Positions 62,037-64,000 of a stretch of DNA of 64,000 nucleotides are shown one piece after another (the first letter of the stretch is position 1; the number at the start of each line of letters is the position of its first letter). The notes below the pieces were generated by a model. That model saw nothing but the letters and a program-made list of their open reading frames with translations. It was not told the DNA's origin and made no database searches. Location of the stretch: positions 73,284,001-73,348,000 of the forward strand of contig OX597819.1 in assembly GCA_951406725.2 (NCBI GenBank), given 5' to 3'. Position numbers and translations under genes: made by a program. This stretch comes from Octopus vulgaris (Eukaryota).

Positions 62037-64000
62037 CAGGTACATAATCCTTTATCCAGAAATCTAAAATCCGAAAAGCACCAAAAACTGAGTTTATTTG
62101 CGGAAGGTGGAGCACATCATAATGAGTCATTTGGTGTGCAAACAGTTGACCACTGTGACCTGACTCACCCAGGTATAATGTGGTAACACTTGGCAGATTG
62201 ACCGCCATTTACCACCAAGCATCAAATGTGGCTCACTACTTGTAGAGAGGTGTCCATTTGCTGTTTGATGTCTTCGTGTTGTTTCTTGTGACTTAGTATA
62301 GAATTTACCCTGGAGATGTCAAAAAGAACTGCAGAGACCCTAATGGATAACAGTAAGAAAAAGAAAAGGAAACATCATTATTAATAATGGAGAAAGTGGA
62401 GCCACTACAGAAACTTGATCATGGTGGGTCTGTGCAGCGGCTCACTGAAGAATATGGTGTTGGAACTAGCACTGTGTATGATTTACAGAATAGTGAGAGT
62501 GGTGGTCACAAACTAATGAAAATAGAAAACATTACATAGGGCAAAAAACGAAGATTTTTGATCGTGCAGTGATAGAATGGATTCAATAATGAAGAAGGGA
62601 AGATATGTCACTGAATGGTTTGTTGGTCATGAAACAAGCTGGAATATAGTATAAAAAACTGAACATTGAAGGAGAATATCAATATTCAGAAGTGTCATGG
62701 TGTAAAATATCTGAAAATCAGTGGTGAAAAAGTTTCTGCTGATTATGAAGCTGTGGAAAATTATAAAGACAAATTTGCCAAGATCATATCTAATGAAAAC
62801 CTTTCTCTTGAACAAATTTATAATGCTGATAAAACAGCTTTGTACAGGTGCTATGTGCCAAGAAAATCCTTAACAATGGCAGATGAGATAGCACCGACAG
62901 GTTTTAAGGATGCTAAGGAAAGGTTAACTATCCTTGGGTATTTTAATGCTGCAGGCACGCACAAGGTGAAGTCGGCAGACATTGAGAAAAGCCAACATCT
63001 GAGATGTCTGAATAGCATAGTTAATTTACCTGTGCATTATTACACAAAGAAGAAAGATTGGGTAACCCCGAAAATTATTTTCTGACTGGTTCAATAATTA
63101 CTTTGTACCAATGGCATGAACTCATTGTAGGAAAGCTGGACTAGAAGAAGACTAAAATTCTATTGTTCCTGGACAACTGCTCCTATTTGCCTCCCAATGT
63201 GACAACTATTTTACAGCCTTGTGACCAAGGAATTTTACACTCCACGAGGAGCAACTATAAAAATAATTTTACAAGCTGTGTGCTTGATGCAGTTAACAAA
63301 GGATTAAGAAAGCAAGACTACCTGAAAGAGTTCCCTGTCAAGGATACCATCTACGCAGTTGCAAATGCTTGGAATCATCACCATCATTGTCGTTTAACGT
63401 CTGCTTTCCATACTGGCATGGGTTGGATGAGGATTGGTGAGCCAGGAGGCTGCACCAGGCTCCAATCTGATCTGGCAAAGTTTCTACAGATGGATGCTCT
63501 TCCTAACGCCAACCACTCCAAGAGTATAGAGTGTGCTTTTACATGCCACCAGCATGAGAGCCAGTCAGGCAGTACTGGCAACAACCACGCTCAAAAGGTG
63601 TTTTTTACATGCCACCTGCATGGGAACCAATCCGGTGGCACTGGCAACGACCACGTTCGAATGTTGCTTTTCCCATGCCACCAGCACGTGTCAGTAAGGT
63701 GACACTCACAACGATCACGCTCGAATGGTACTTTTTACGTGCCACTGGCATGGGAGCCAGTTAGCGGCTCTGGCAATGATCACACTCAAATGGTGCTTTT
63801 AATGTTCCACTGGCACAGAAACAAATACCTGACATAGAATATGGCCAATAATGATGTTTGATGATTTTGTGTCGCTAATGAGAAGATACTAGAATTCGTA
63901 ACTTATGCTAAAAGTTTATCGTGCAGGAGCATAAGTGATCTAGAAGAAGTGGACATTGAAGAAATGCTTAGCATTGACAATGACGCATCTGTTGTGCATT
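62037..64000 (+). mobile_element. pogo/Tigger (Jerky/CENP-B-like) transposon relic interrupted by a SINE
   Basis: EKVEPLQKLDHG...LTEEYGVGTSTVYDL (CENP-B-type HTH), EQIYNADKTALY, GFKDAKERLTIL, LDNCS, LPPNVTTILQPCDQGIL (DDE_1); multiple stops; SINE insert at about 63375-63820. Confidence 0.88.

Noticed and set aside
62316-63375. Domesticated Jerky/TIGD gene
   Set aside because: Several stops, frameshifts and a SINE insertion show a decayed transposon.

Overview
AT-rich, repeat-dense animal genomic DNA; the SINE/MITE inventory looks like a coleoid cephalopod, most likely Octopus (inference). Two multi-exon genes converge tail-to-tail. UBXN7 (p97/VCP adaptor; UBA-UAS-UIM-UBX) is on the + strand with 11 phase-consistent coding exons from 6187 to the stop at 36800; its first coding exon was not found and probably lies upstream. 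The 3' part of ZNF277 (C2H2 zinc finger) is on the - strand with 7 coding exons from 61698 to the stop at 37847; its 5' exons lie beyond the window. Introns are filled with tRNA-derived and RTE-associated SINEs, RTE LINE fragments, piggyBac derivatives and MITEs, hAT MITEs, Tc1 and pogo/Tigger relics, Helitrons and Penelope-like inverted repeats. Most ORF-track entries are spurious repeat ORFs. Best leads: three candidate microexons (30, 19 and 17 nt; the last two keep frame only together) in a repeat-free island of a UBXN7 intron; an 800-bp long-TIR transposon carrying a CpG-rich promoter-like core inside a ZNF277 intron; a tRNA-head plus hammerhead-ribozyme-like composite retroelement; facing poly(A) signals between the two genes; a head-to-tail Helitron dimer. 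All calls were made by eye, and repeat boundaries are approximate.
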